Positions 1 through 10,539 of a stretch of 64,000 bases of DNA are shown piece after piece. The stretch comes from Candidatus Obscuribacterales bacterium (GTDB lineage Bacteria > Cyanobacteriota > Vampirovibrionia > Obscuribacterales > Obscuribacteraceae). Positions within the stretch are counted from its first letter, which is position 1, and each line of letters begins with the position of its first letter. The DNA is taken from the NCBI GenBank assembly GCA_965228855.1, contig CBDDIJ010000005.1, forward strand, positions 1,152,001 to 1,216,000. Reading direction: 5' to 3'. Under the pieces are notes generated by a model that saw only the letters and a list, made by a program, of their open reading frames with translations, ran no database searches and had not been told where the DNA came from. The translations under genes were made by a program, and so were the position numbers.

Positions 1-27
1 CCAGCGCTTTAGGGCTTTGGAGAAAAC

Positions 28-1401
28 TTAGTCTTCCCGGACGGACCCGTCGAGTTCATCCTGATTCGCTTGCTCTTCTAAACCAGGCGGCGATTTCTCA
101 ATGGATAGCGGAGGAAAACCGTCCACGTTAACGAGAGATGTTATGAGTTGAACCGGCTTCTCCTGTGTAACTCGATAGCGTAAGTAAATCATCCGAGCCA
201 GTTCGCGTTCACAATAAGCAGTCTCGTAACGCTCAGCAAGTTTTCTTTGCTTCTCGGCTTCAACGACGTCGCCTTCAACCTCCAGCATCTCTGCGTAATC
301 GCGTAGAGCGTGAGCCAATGACCAGTAGCTCGGGTTATCGTTCGACTTGAACAGGTCAATGGCTGTCCGAATATGGAGATGAGCCTCATCTATTCGTTGC
401 TGTGCATGCCGAACCTCTGCAAGAGCAAGGTAACAGGCGGCTATGAATTCATTCGACTCATTCATACTGCGAGCTGCCGGAATCATCTCCTCAAGCCGTT
501 CGTCAACGGTTTCGAATTTTTTGTTCTGCACGTCAATCAAAGCACGAATCAGTTTCACGCGAATCGAAAGAAGTTTATCTACTTTCCGCATCAATGCTTC
601 GTTTGCATCCAGAATCTTGGTCGCGTCATCCGGTCGATTCATTTTCACGTAACAGAGCGCCAGGTTAACAATGGCAAAACGCTTCAAGCCTGCACTCTTC
701 TTGCCGTACACCAGCGTTTTAAGAACTCGTTCTGCCTCTTCGTATCGCTCCTGGCCGATATAGGTGCACGCAAGATCGTTGGCAACCCGCTCGTTAGAAG
801 GAACGGAACCTAGATCAACATCCTTTTCAATCGACCCTCTGCATATAAGAAGCAGCGCCTCCATCTCCATATAGCGCCCCTGGAGCAAAAGTAATCGTGC
901 CTGAATTCCCGCAAGTGTCATATATGGAATTATGGAGAGTGGCGAACAGAGTTGGTTCCACCATAATGCTTTATCCATCCGCTTCGACACGATCCGATAT
1001 CGACGGTTATTGAAAGCGTCAGCTACTTGGGTCGCCAACATGCTGCCATATATGGTGGCAACTCCGGCTGCAACGAGGAACCAGGGCCAGATGTTGAAAC
1101 TGAAGAACGCTGGAATAAAACCAAGTATCAGAGCGCCGATCAAAAAAGCGGCGACATGTTGGTTTCGATTCAACTTCGCATGTTTTTTACCGTAGGCGAC
1201 TAGCTCATTCGCCATCGAGTCATTGATGAACTCGAGCTTCATTCCTGGCTTCGGAACGAAGCGATCACCTATGTATTCATCGATATGAACTTCGCCTTGC
1301 GCAAATACCTCGTCCCAATCTTTTGCATCGGTCAGGACAATCTCATTTGCTTCGATATCCGGTGCCCCCGCGCTGGCATCCCGTTCTTCCGGCTCCATCA
1401 A
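28..1401 (-). CDS. Membrane-anchored TPR-like repeat protein
   Basis: 457-aa ORF; two hydrophobic segments (VAAFLIGALILGFIPAFF, IWPWFLVAAGVATIYG) then TPR-like helices (NDLACTYIGQERYEEAE, NLALCYVKMNRPDDA). Confidence 0.7.
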   Translation of the reverse strand: MMEPEERDASAGAPDIEANEIVLTDAKDWDEVFAQGEVHIDEYIGDRFVPKPGMKLEFINDSMANELVAYGKKHAKLNRNQHVAAFLIGALILGFIPAFFSFNIWPWFLVAAGVATIYGSMLATQVADAFNNRRYRIVSKRMDKALWWNQLCSPLSIIPYMTLAGIQARLLLLQGRYMEMEALLLICRGSIEKDVDLGSVPSNERVANDLACTYIGQERYEEAERVLKTLVYGKKSAGLKRFAIVNLALCYVKMNRPDDATKILDANEALMRKVDKLLSIRVKLIRALIDVQNKKFETVDERLEEMIPAARSMNESNEFIAACYLALAEVRHAQQRIDEAHLHIRTAIDLFKSNDNPSYWSLAHALRDYAEMLEVEGDVVEAEKQRKLAERYETAYCERELARMIYLRYRVTQEKPVQLITSLVNVDGFPPLSIEKSPPGLEEQANQDELDGSVRED

Positions 1402-1433
1402 TTACGCGTCCTCGCATTGAAGGAACAATCGGA

Positions 1434-2420
1434 CTACCAACGGAGCAACATCGCTCCGGCACTGAATCCGGCACCAACAGTGGACATTAACACAAGATCG
1501 CCCTTCTTGAGCTGCCCTCGCTGTATAGCACTTTCAATCGCAAGCGGCAGAGTTCCGGCAGTTGTATTTCCAAACTGGTCGATGTTCACGACCACTCTGT
1601 CCATCGGCATTTTCAAACGCTCGACAGCAGAGGTGATGATTCGCAAATTCGCCTGGTGAGGGATAAAAACGTCGACATCATCACCGGTAAGGCCGTTGCG
1701 CTCAAGCAGTTTCACGCAAAGTTCAGGCATCTTGCGAGTGGCATATTTAAACACCACTTTGCCTTCTTGATGCACGAAGTGCTTGCGCTGATCGACTGTT
1801 TCATGCGATGCCGGTAGTTTGCTTCCGCCGGCAGGCAGGCAGAGATAATCGCCGCCGGAGCCGTCAACTTCGTGAATGAAATCGATGAAGCCTACTTCGT
1901 CATCCGACTCTGTCGCAGTCAGCAAAGCCGCACCACCGCCGTCACCGAAGATAATACATGTTTGCCTGTCCGTATAATCGATGATTGACGACATCACGTC
2001 CACACCGATGACCACTACGTTCTTGTGCGCACCACTCTGGATGAATTGTCCACCGACTTGCATCGCGTAGAGAAAGCCGGAGCAGGCAATCGACATATCG
2101 AAGCCCCAGGCTTTTTTGGAACCAATTTTGTCTTGCACCAGGCACGCGGTTGCGGGGAGATACATATCGGGCGTGATTGTCGCAACGATTATCAAATCTA
2201 CGTCCGCAGGCGAAACTCCACCTGCTTCTAAAGCTTTCAGCGCCGCCTCAGCGGATAAATCGGATGTCGTAACGCCGGGGGCTGCGATGTGTCGCTGATG
2301 TATACCGGTTCTTTCGACTATCCAATCATTGGTGGTGTCGACCATCTTTTCCAGGTCGAAGTTACTCAATACTTTGGGTGGTACTGCCGTACCGATCGAC
2401 TTAACCTTGGCTTTTGCCAC
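1434..2420 (-). CDS. fabH: Beta-ketoacyl-ACP synthase III
   Basis: WIVERTGI, catalytic ACSGF, FGDGGGA, PHQAN and GNTTAG motifs. Confidence 0.95.
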   Translation of the reverse strand: MAKAKVKSIGTAVPPKVLSNFDLEKMVDTTNDWIVERTGIHQRHIAAPGVTTSDLSAEAALKALEAGGVSPADVDLIIVATITPDMYLPATACLVQDKIGSKKAWGFDMSIACSGFLYAMQVGGQFIQSGAHKNVVVIGVDVMSSIIDYTDRQTCIIFGDGGGAALLTATESDDEVGFIDFIHEVDGSGGDYLCLPAGGSKLPASHETVDQRKHFVHQEGKVVFKYATRKMPELCVKLLERNGLTGDDVDVFIPHQANLRIITSAVERLKMPMDRVVVNIDQFGNTTAGTLPLAIESAIQRGQLKKGDLVLMSTVGAGFSAGAMLLRW

Positions 2421-2648
2421 TTTTCTAATCTCGCACAGGGATTTCCAAGAAGATGATTTCCCAGCAGGATGCGCATTCGCCCCGCTTCGGCTATCTGTCG
2501 TGCCCGAAAGAGTTTCGCGCCCCAGATAGCAGCAATTGAAGTAACAATAATAAAGACAATCAGGGTCACTTTCATTAAGTATTTCGCGAATGACATATCG
2601 TATTGAGTGGGATCTTTCTAAGACAAGCGGGCAACATAACTTAAACTC

Positions 2649-3722
2649 ATGATCACAATTGTAGGAGCCACGGGCTTTACCGGAACCTTAATCGCAAAAC
2701 AGCTGGAGCAAGACGAGGTTTCCATGCGCCTGGTCGCCAGAAACGCCAGGAAACTTGAAACGCTGAAAACGAGCTTGAAGCGCGAGTGCGAAACAGCCAT
2801 CGCCGATGTCGCAGATTTAAACCAGTTGAAAACTGCGATAGAAGGCAGCAAGGTCGTTATTAATGCCGCTGGACCGTTTACAACCCTCGGACTGAAAGTC
2901 GCAGAGGAGTGCATCAAGGCGGGCGTCCACTATCTGGATATCACCGGCGAACAACAGTTTATCCGCGAAGTGATAGAGCGATTCAGCGCATCAGCGGCGA
3001 AAAATAAAGTCACAGTGATTCCGTCGTGCGCATTCGAATATGCCCTGGCGGACGAGGCCGCCAGATTTCTTGAAAAAGAGATGGGCGGACTTGAGAGCTT
3101 CGAATCGACGTATGTGATTAACGGAATGTTCACCAGCCGCGGTACCAAACGCAGTGTATTGTGCGCACTGGAATCAGAATCCCATCAGTTACGAAACGGC
3201 AAAACGCAGAGCATTTCCGCTGGAGCGGTCGCGGCATTTCAACACCCGGATGGTAAGACTTATCAGCGTTTCCCGTTTCCAGCCGGAGAAGTCTACCTTA
3301 TTCCGTTGCACTCACAGGTGAGAAACATCTCCACTTTTCTAACTTCGGAAGCACCGCCAGCGGTGCTTCAACTCCTGTCCACAACCATGCCGGTTGCAGC
3401 ACGAAGCCCATTTTTCAAAAATATTTTGAACTTTATCATAGATCTCGGACCAGAAACTCCACAGAATACAAATGAAACTACCTTTTCCGTGTACTGCGAA
3501 GGAGACTTCAAACGAAAACGAATGGGGCTGAACATTGCCGGTCGCGATCCCTATTCACTGACCGCAGTTATCGCCGCCAGGATCGCTCAAAAGTTGGGAG
3601 ATACTGCTGTAAGAAGAGGCGTGATTAGCCCGTCTATGGTAGACAAATCAAACGGCATAATGGCGATTACCCAGGCAGAATCAACAGTCTGGCAATCTGT
3701 CGAGATTAAAACGGTGGTTTGA
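2649..3722 (+). CDS. Saccharopine dehydrogenase-like NAD(P)-binding oxidoreductase
   Basis: GATGFTG Rossmann motif, VINAAGPF, HYLDITGE. Confidence 0.85.
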   Translation: MITIVGATGFTGTLIAKQLEQDEVSMRLVARNARKLETLKTSLKRECETAIADVADLNQLKTAIEGSKVVINAAGPFTTLGLKVAEECIKAGVHYLDITGEQQFIREVIERFSASAAKNKVTVIPSCAFEYALADEAARFLEKEMGGLESFESTYVINGMFTSRGTKRSVLCALESESHQLRNGKTQSISAGAVAAFQHPDGKTYQRFPFPAGEVYLIPLHSQVRNISTFLTSEAPPAVLQLLSTTMPVAARSPFFKNILNFIIDLGPETPQNTNETTFSVYCEGDFKRKRMGLNIAGRDPYSLTAVIAARIAQKLGDTAVRRGVISPSMVDKSNGIMAITQAESTVWQSVEIKTVV

Positions 3723-3759
3723 ATTGGCATGCGTGAAAAGGCTCCCGGCATGCATTCGG

Positions 3760-4251
3760 TTACGGCAACACTAAATTAACATCAAGTATCGGATACGTGT
3801 ATCTCCTGCGAAAGGTCCAAACATTTGCCACTCCAGCAGTATTCTTTCCGAATCTTTGATCGAAGAAAACAACCGGCGCCGGAACTTTGACAGTCACCTC
3901 AGTGCAAACCGATACGGTCGGATTGCCCGCATAAGGATCGCCATTGAAATCGTTGTAAACCAGTGCATTGGATTGTGTTGAAAGCTTCGGAGAGGTGACG
4001 AGGAAACCGTCACCTTTGTGAACCGCCAGAGCGGCGTTGACGGCAGCGAACGCTTTTGCAGCTGACGATTGCTGCGCGGCCGAGCGTGTCGCGGCCCGGC
4101 AAGCACGATCGTTCAGCTGATAGCCGAGCATCATAATCGTAATATCAATTGCCACCATGAATAATACCATGATGAAAACCGAACCGCAGGCGAGTTCGAC
4201 ACAAGCGGTTCCCCCGACGGGTCTATGCTTCCGCTCTCTAAATCGAGTCAT
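3760..4251 (-). CDS. TadE-like pseudopilin
   Basis: Basic leader, G|TACVE cleavage-like motif, one hydrophobic helix, then ACRAATRSAA as in TadE family. Confidence 0.65.
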   Translation of the reverse strand: MTRFRERKHRPVGGTACVELACGSVFIMVLFMVAIDITIMMLGYQLNDRACRAATRSAAQQSSAAKAFAAVNAALAVHKGDGFLVTSPKLSTQSNALVYNDFNGDPYAGNPTVSVCTEVTVKVPAPVVFFDQRFGKNTAGVANVWTFRRRYTYPILDVNLVLP

Positions 4252-6052
4252 CGACAGTCACCATTTGAACTAGTTGCCTCGCGATGTTCTCGAAGGTCAA
4301 GCGCAGGTAATTAGCATTCGTGACGAGGAAGAACTTGCCCCGATTACCGGCGATGTATGAAACGCCGGGATTACTACTTCCGGGTGTGTAGGAGGAATGA
4401 GTGCCGTTCGGGTCCGTATAGGCAACGCTTTTTGCCGGGTCGTCATTCAAGATATTGCACTCCCCCGGAATGATTTGGCTGTTCTGAGCCAGTCCCACTG
4501 AGTAAATCGGAATAGACTTGTCCTTGGCTTCGTAAGCGATCGAACGCGCATACCAGGCACCATATGAGGTGCTCTGTGGAACTGTAGGCTGACCGTCAGT
4601 ACAGAGAACGATGGCACGCTTGGCACCTGGCCGCCCGTTCGCAATCAACATCTGTTTAGCCTTGGAGAGGGCATCTCCGATGTTCGTCGATCCATTTGCC
4701 ACCGTTTGGTCAATTGCGCTTAAACAACCACTGTAATTCGAATCTGTTTTACTCAACTGAACACCCGGACGGGGGAAGTTACCTGTTCCCCCTGAAGAAT
4801 AATTCGTGGCAACATTTCTCTCCGAGTCCGTTTCATTCGGTGCCGTGCCGGCATCGGTCGAAAAACAAGTCAGTCCAAAGTTGGCCTCGGTGTTCTTGTT
4901 CATGATAGTGAAGAAGTCTTTTGCAGCCTGCTGAGCGGTGCTCAGAGGCTGTACTTTCTTGCGAGCCTCCGTCAAATAATCGGCCTTGTAGCCGCTCCGC
5001 GTCATGACCGCTGCCAACGCCGGCACCGTGTCCAATTTAGCAGCCGAATACGTGGCGCCGTTTTCCAGATTGCCTCGAGCAGCCTCCACTACCGTTTCCA
5101 GGTTTGGATAGTAGTAACCTGCTGGACTTGTGTACGGGAGTTTTAGCGTGTGATCGGCGTTCTCACTGATATTCACAATCATATCTGTGAACGTATAACT
5201 GTTACCAAGTCCTGTGCCGGAGGGATAGTTACCGGGCGGAGCACCGGTATTGGTACCACGAAGTGTTGTCGAGAAGGATAGCGGGCGGGAATGTCCGGAG
5301 GCTGCATAATCCAGATTCTGGGGAGGCACGGCATTCACCGAGGAGCCCTCGGCAGGAGGCAGAAGGATGTCATAGATCGTGCCGGAAGCCAGCCCGCCTG
5401 TGGTCGGCGCGCCACTACGGGCGGTGGTAACAACATATTTGGTTCTCAGGCTGGTCAGGTCCCAGTAGCGCTTAACGAAAGTCACCGGCGTTTGATCGTC
5501 AATTGACCCTGATACGTCAAAACAGAGGACCACATCCAACTGAGGGACTCTTGCATTCGCTTCGGCGGTGATGGTGAAGGGTCCTTTGATGCCGAGGAAA
5601 GCGCCGAACACGGGCACCAGACCGAAGGCACCCACAGCATGGACAACGCGACCGTTTACATCACCGAAAGCTACCGGCTGATTGGGAGGGCTGCTGTTGG
5701 GATTCAGCAGCTCGATAAATAGCGAAGCCTTATTTCCCGCCGGATTATCAGCTTTGCTGGAAGCTTCATACGCTGTGCTGAGTGGAACTTCGTACACAGA
5801 GTTAGCCTTGAAAATTGCCAGAGCAGCAGATTTCAACTCCGCATGCGTAGCGACCGGATCGGTTGAATCAGAACCGGCCAGAACAGCTCCTCCAGTAAGC
5901 GCAGCGGCCTCACATGAGGCCTGCAATTGCTCTTGCATTGAAATCGCACGCACCACCTCGTAGGTGAATATCGCCACCATAGGCAATATCACTGTTCCGA
6001 GCAGGACACAGAGAAATAACACCGAAACTCCCTTCGAATTTCGCTTTCTCAT
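4238..6052 (-). CDS. TadG-like pilin-leader protein with vWA domain
   Basis: Likely start MRKRNSKG at 6052 (TGATG overlap with upstream stop); TM helix then LQASCEAAALTG; MIDAS DVSGS, TNIGDAL and CTDGQP. Confidence 0.75.
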   Translation of the reverse strand: MRKRNSKGVSVLFLCVLLGTVILPMVAIFTYEVVRAISMQEQLQASCEAAALTGGAVLAGSDSTDPVATHAELKSAALAIFKANSVYEVPLSTAYEASSKADNPAGNKASLFIELLNPNSSPPNQPVAFGDVNGRVVHAVGAFGLVPVFGAFLGIKGPFTITAEANARVPQLDVVLCFDVSGSIDDQTPVTFVKRYWDLTSLRTKYVVTTARSGAPTTGGLASGTIYDILLPPAEGSSVNAVPPQNLDYAASGHSRPLSFSTTLRGTNTGAPPGNYPSGTGLGNSYTFTDMIVNISENADHTLKLPYTSPAGYYYPNLETVVEAARGNLENGATYSAAKLDTVPALAAVMTRSGYKADYLTEARKKVQPLSTAQQAAKDFFTIMNKNTEANFGLTCFSTDAGTAPNETDSERNVATNYSSGGTGNFPRPGVQLSKTDSNYSGCLSAIDQTVANGSTNIGDALSKAKQMLIANGRPGAKRAIVLCTDGQPTVPQSTSYGAWYARSIAYEAKDKSIPIYSVGLAQNSQIIPGECNILNDDPAKSVAYTDPNGTHSSYTPGSSNPGVSYIAGNRGKFFLVTNANYLRLTFENIARQLVQMVTVDDSI

Positions 6053-6630
6053 CAATCGTCCAACCCCTGTGGACTTTCGACAAACTCTCGCACGCTCACC
6101 GTGGAAGTCCACTTACGACTGAGACCGGCGACGTTCAAAAACGGAAGCTTTACTTCCGTGATCGGATAGATGTCGGCGGTCGCAGTCAACTCGATGAAGT
6201 ACAGGTAAGTGCCTGTGTCCGCCGGCTCTGAGAGTTTGCCTGCAAACTTCTTGATCGTTCCGTTTTGCAAGTCTACCGAGATTATGCTCACGTCGACATC
6301 TTTCACGGTGATGCCGGAGAATTTTTGAACGACGCTGTTTACTTTTGCTGGACCACAATCAATCGCGGCCGGCTTTTCTGCGGTTCCATTGCCGAATGTA
6401 TACGCCGATGCAGCAACAAATGCGCCCTGCCGGCAAGCTGTTAAAAACAACGCATGACGAAGAGCGGTGGTCCCTAAGTTAATCATGGGGAACGCGAAGA
6501 CCAGAAATAGAGCAAAGATTACCAGCGGAATCTCCGCAATACTTCCCCGCCGGCGACCATCTGCTGAGAAAGCGCAATTGGTCGGTCGATTGTAGGAACC
6601 GCTGTTAAAACGCTCTGCCATACGTGCCAC
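6052..6630 (-). CDS. TadE-like pseudopilin
   Basis: RRRG|SIAE leader, hydrophobic helix, ACRQGAFVAA; coupled to the downstream vWA gene. Confidence 0.6.
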   Translation of the reverse strand: MARMAERFNSGSYNRPTNCAFSADGRRRGSIAEIPLVIFALFLVFAFPMINLGTTALRHALFLTACRQGAFVAASAYTFGNGTAEKPAAIDCGPAKVNSVVQKFSGITVKDVDVSIISVDLQNGTIKKFAGKLSEPADTGTYLYFIELTATADIYPITEVKLPFLNVAGLSRKWTSTVSVREFVESPQGLDD

Positions 6631-6640
6631 CCAGAAATCG

Positions 6641-6653
6641 GGACACTACCATT
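6641..6653 (-). promoter_or_regulatory. Putative extended -10 promoter element (AATGGTAGTGTCC), copy 1
   Basis: TGn-TAGTGT just upstream of the TadE-like operon; identical 13-mer at 14322-14334. Confidence 0.4.
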
Positions 6654-6781
6654 CTCGCCCCCAGGGATTAGATTCGTAATCGACCGAACGGCTTAAATAC
6701 CATCACCCATTTGGGTCGCTTTCTATACCTATCCCGGACGCGAGGGTAGTGGCCGTCACGACAATCAGCCACTCAACACCG

Positions 6782-7957
6782 CTATCCGCGTATGATCCGT
6801 CCCATGCACTCAGCCAGCCGCTCAGGGGTGCACACGAGAATGTCCATTCCGACCTTTCTCAATTTTTTCGCAGTGCTTCGATTGTACTCAGGTCTAGCAT
6901 CATAGCCGAGAGCTCCTAGACCGATCATTCGGATTCCGGAGTCAAACATAACGCGCGTTTGATCCACGAGGTCTCTTTCTGGTCTCCCCTCAAAAAAGTC
7001 ACTGATCGTGACCACAATGGTTTTACCAGGTTCTCGAACCAACTGCCGGCAATACTGGAGTGATTGAGTGATATCAGTACCACCTCCCAGGTTTATAGAG
7101 AGAAGGACATCGACAGGCTCTCCTAGCTGGTCGGAAAGATCGACTACTTGCGTATCGAAAAGAACAAGCGATGTCTTAATCGAAGGAAGCTCATAGAATA
7201 TCGAAGCCATGACTGCTGAGAAAATCGCCGAGTCCAGCATAGACCCTGATTGATCAACGTTGACTATCACGTGCCATGGCTTACGTTTACGCTCGGAAGC
7301 AAAAAAATACAAACGCTCAACTAACAATTTTCGACTCTCTTGATCGAAGTTTCTGAGATTTCTTTTCACGGTAGTCTTGAGATCGAGGTTTTTAAACACT
7401 CGACGCGGCGAATGGCGATCGCGACGGATGGCCCCATTAATAGCTTGCTCGACCTGAAGCTTCATTTTCTCTTTGAGTTGATCGACGACTTGCTTGATGA
7501 TTTTGCGCGCCACAATACGAGCTTTAGGATTCAGAAGGTCTTTATGAACCAGCAACGTCTTGACCAGATCAGTATTGGGCTCGACTTTCTCAAGCAACTC
7601 AGGTTTTTCCAAAAGTTCCGAAATTCCACGACGCTTAACAAGCTCCTTCTCCATAACTTCTTTGACGTTATTCGGAAAAAGTTCGGAAACCTGATCCACC
7701 CACTTCGGAACGGTCATGGTAGAGGCACCCGCGCCCCCCTGCCTGTCCTCCGGTGGCTTCACGCCGGCATCACCGACATCGCCCTGTTCGAACAAGAAAC
7801 CGACAAGGTCCTCAATACGCCCAAGGTCCCCATCACCGTTTCGCCCGCCGCCTTGATCGCTCAAACCCAATCCATGCCGCTCAGAATCCTTTCCGAGAAC
7901 CAATCGCCACCTCGATATGATGTCCAGATTTTCGTCAGGCGAAGATTTCTTGCTCAC
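6782..7957 (-). CDS. vWA domain protein, YehP/CoxE-like
   Basis: RWRLVLG N-terminus, DLKTTVKRNL, MIDAS DQSGS, GGGTDI, ISDFFEG. Confidence 0.85.
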   Translation of the reverse strand: MSKKSSPDENLDIISRWRLVLGKDSERHGLGLSDQGGGRNGDGDLGRIEDLVGFLFEQGDVGDAGVKPPEDRQGGAGASTMTVPKWVDQVSELFPNNVKEVMEKELVKRRGISELLEKPELLEKVEPNTDLVKTLLVHKDLLNPKARIVARKIIKQVVDQLKEKMKLQVEQAINGAIRRDRHSPRRVFKNLDLKTTVKRNLRNFDQESRKLLVERLYFFASERKRKPWHVIVNVDQSGSMLDSAIFSAVMASIFYELPSIKTSLVLFDTQVVDLSDQLGEPVDVLLSINLGGGTDITQSLQYCRQLVREPGKTIVVTISDFFEGRPERDLVDQTRVMFDSGIRMIGLGALGYDARPEYNRSTAKKLRKVGMDILVCTPERLAECMGRIIRG

Positions 7958-10536
7958 AGATCCCAGTCCTTCATGATTTCCGCAACACGCTTATCCAGCC
8001 GAGCAACCGTCACTGCGGCGGCCGTTGAAATATTCAATTCGGTAAGTGACGAAGCCTCCTTGAGTCCATAAATTTCTGCGACTCGAGAGGCCAGAGAGTC
8101 GCGATGAGTAATATGCATGCGCTCGAATGCGGCGCGCATTTTCGGCAACATGACCAGAAACGGCTCCCAATCTGCCGCACGAAGAAGTTCATCAATAGCC
8201 TTGATCAAAGAATCTGCACCGAGCATCAAAGATGTGCGGGAAACAGCCATTACTCCATCCAGGAAATCTCCGGCTGTGACCATGACCTCCACGGAGGACT
8301 TGGCAAGACCGCGCACAAAGTCCGCAAGCTCGGTCGGCTCCAGCTCTCGAAGCTCAGAAAGTATTCCCAGGAAAGCACCCTTGAGAAACGGAACCGGGCT
8401 TGCATCTGCAGCGTCTCGAACATGCTGGGCAAATAAATTTCGGTCGAGATTTTGTTTATCGCCCTGCTGCGTCACTTCAGCGAGCGCCACCAGCATTGAT
8501 ACCACTTGGTCTTGCTGCTCTTCCGGCACTGCCACCACATCCAGTATCGCAAAGCACGCTCTATCGAAACACCTGACGATCAAGTCGTCCAGCATGCCTC
8601 GACGAAGATTCCGATAGACAAGGTATTTATCGAGGACGAGCATGGTGGTCAGAGCCTGAACCAACGATATGAAACGCACGTCGTTATCTATCGCATCACT
8701 GAGCGAGTCCTCGGTCATACGCACCATGTCCGGCAGATCCATGTCAACGGATCTCAAAAGATGTTGGGCGATTTTGCCTGCGCTATCTTGATCGTCTTTC
8801 AAACATTTTCGCAGTGCAGTAAGCGCCGCACGTTCAATCGAGTCACCATAAATGTTTAACTCAATCAAAGCGGAGTCGACAGACGGACTCCACTTCAATT
8901 GCCACTTTTCGCGAAACAACTTGCCGGAGGTGAAGTCTCCGGAAGGAGCTTCTGTAAGGGCGCAAACAGGGACTTTTAGAAACCGCAAGCGATGAAAAAA
9001 CACGCTCCGTTGCTCACCGAGCGACTCCCTTTTATCCACCTCGACATTTAAACGTTTCTCTTTGCCTAGAACTTCTCCAAGGTCAAGAGACTCCATATTC
9101 GAATAGAAATCCGCCACTACGGGAAGCTGTCCCAGCTCTCTCGTGACCTTTCCGATCTTGTGCCCTATGTCTGCGGCATCGATAGCTGTGAATAGCGAAC
9201 CGCCCTCTTCAAGCGGATCTCCTTTGCAGCAGCAAGTGACCAGAGCGTCATGCAGATCGTCGAGAACCGGAATAGCTCTCCCTCGCAAACGGCTCAACAT
9301 CTCGGTATGCTGAGCAACGGCAATTGCGTCCGCTGAAGAATAAACATTTCCTTTCTTCCGAGCCTCGGTCAACACGGCGACTATGTGCTCAACATAGACC
9401 TCGTCAAATCTTTTTTCATTCTGCAGATCCCAGACACGCTGGTAAAATTGAGGCGCACGAGTGCCCGCATTATAACCGGAAAGCTCGGAGACCTGAAAAA
9501 ATGAATAAGGAACAATAGTATTGTATACGGTGCCCTCGGGCGGAGTTGGCGGTTCATTTTTGTCCTCACGGTCCATGAAAAGATGGAATCCACCACAAAC
9601 GACCATAGCATCTGACGCCTTCAGATTCATCTCCGCTAAGCCTCTTTCGATGCTCCTTATCATATGACGCTCACGATCGACGGTACTGTCAAGAATCATC
9701 CGAACAGGCAAAGTGGTAGCTCTCGATGCTGCACAAAACGCAGCAAACTCTTTACGAAAAACTTCAGGATCGTCGAAACTTCTCATCTCGAACAAGCTGT
9801 CCCAGGCTTCTTCGTAAGTCCGATAGCCTGCGGTTTTAGCGAGTTCCTGATAAAAGCGAGATTCGACGATTAGATGCTCGGAACCTTCCTCGAGTTCCCG
9901 CTTGATCCGCTCGTCTATTTGTTCATCGCTTTCTTCATCGATCAGCGCATCGGGATGCGGTTCGACCTCGTCAATAGACGCGACAGTTTCACTGGAAACT
10001 TTGGACTGATCAATTGGATGAGAGTCCCGTGAAACAGGTTTTTCAGATGTGAGCACCTCGACAGGTTTTGCATTTTTGATACGCGCATAATGCGGAAGAT
10101 CTATGAAAACGACCTTCGCCCCGATTTCGTGCGCAACCTTGATAGCGACGTACTCCGGGGAATACTGCAACATCGGATACCAGACCGGAAACACTGGAGG
10201 CAAGTCCTCTGCAGCGCTTGCAATACCTGCCAACCCGAGCATATTGCCATCATCACGGAAGGAGCTGTAGATTGCGACAGGTGGTTTGGTTTTCGCATCA
10301 ATGATAAACGGAATTAGATCATTTGCCTGGCTCGGTCCTTCAATGAACACAACTTTCGGTTTTCGTTTCACCATAACCTTCCGGAGGTTAAGCGCCACAT
10401 TCGGCGAATGATGTCGCACCGGAAACCAATATAATTCGCTAGAAAGAACAGCCTCTACCTGCGCCTTGACCGACTCAATGTCGAGATTGAGCTCAGTCAA
10501 CTGCTTATGCTTTTCGGATATTGATTGTTGTGGCAC
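7954..10536 (-). CDS. YehM/DUF5682-like protein
   Basis: FPVRHHSP, VFIEGP, YSPEYVA, RERHM, VVCGGFH, GYNAG motifs; lies between the MoxR and vWA genes. Confidence 0.8.
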   Translation of the reverse strand: MPQQSISEKHKQLTELNLDIESVKAQVEAVLSSELYWFPVRHHSPNVALNLRKVMVKRKPKVVFIEGPSQANDLIPFIIDAKTKPPVAIYSSFRDDGNMLGLAGIASAAEDLPPVFPVWYPMLQYSPEYVAIKVAHEIGAKVVFIDLPHYARIKNAKPVEVLTSEKPVSRDSHPIDQSKVSSETVASIDEVEPHPDALIDEESDEQIDERIKRELEEGSEHLIVESRFYQELAKTAGYRTYEEAWDSLFEMRSFDDPEVFRKEFAAFCAASRATTLPVRMILDSTVDRERHMIRSIERGLAEMNLKASDAMVVCGGFHLFMDREDKNEPPTPPEGTVYNTIVPYSFFQVSELSGYNAGTRAPQFYQRVWDLQNEKRFDEVYVEHIVAVLTEARKKGNVYSSADAIAVAQHTEMLSRLRGRAIPVLDDLHDALVTCCCKGDPLEEGGSLFTAIDAADIGHKIGKVTRELGQLPVVADFYSNMESLDLGEVLGKEKRLNVEVDKRESLGEQRSVFFHRLRFLKVPVCALTEAPSGDFTSGKLFREKWQLKWSPSVDSALIELNIYGDSIERAALTALRKCLKDDQDSAGKIAQHLLRSVDMDLPDMVRMTEDSLSDAIDNDVRFISLVQALTTMLVLDKYLVYRNLRRGMLDDLIVRCFDRACFAILDVVAVPEEQQDQVVSMLVALAEVTQQGDKQNLDRNLFAQHVRDAADASPVPFLKGAFLGILSELRELEPTELADFVRGLAKSSVEVMVTAGDFLDGVMAVSRTSLMLGADSLIKAIDELLRAADWEPFLVMLPKMRAAFERMHITHRDSLASRVAEIYGLKEASSLTELNISTAAAVTVARLDKRVAEIMKDWDL

Positions 10537-10539
10537 TTG

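Noticed and set aside
2366..2596. 76-aa ORF with one hydrophobic segment upstream of fabH
   Set aside because: Overlaps fabH by 55 bp and has no recognisable family; possible but unsupported.
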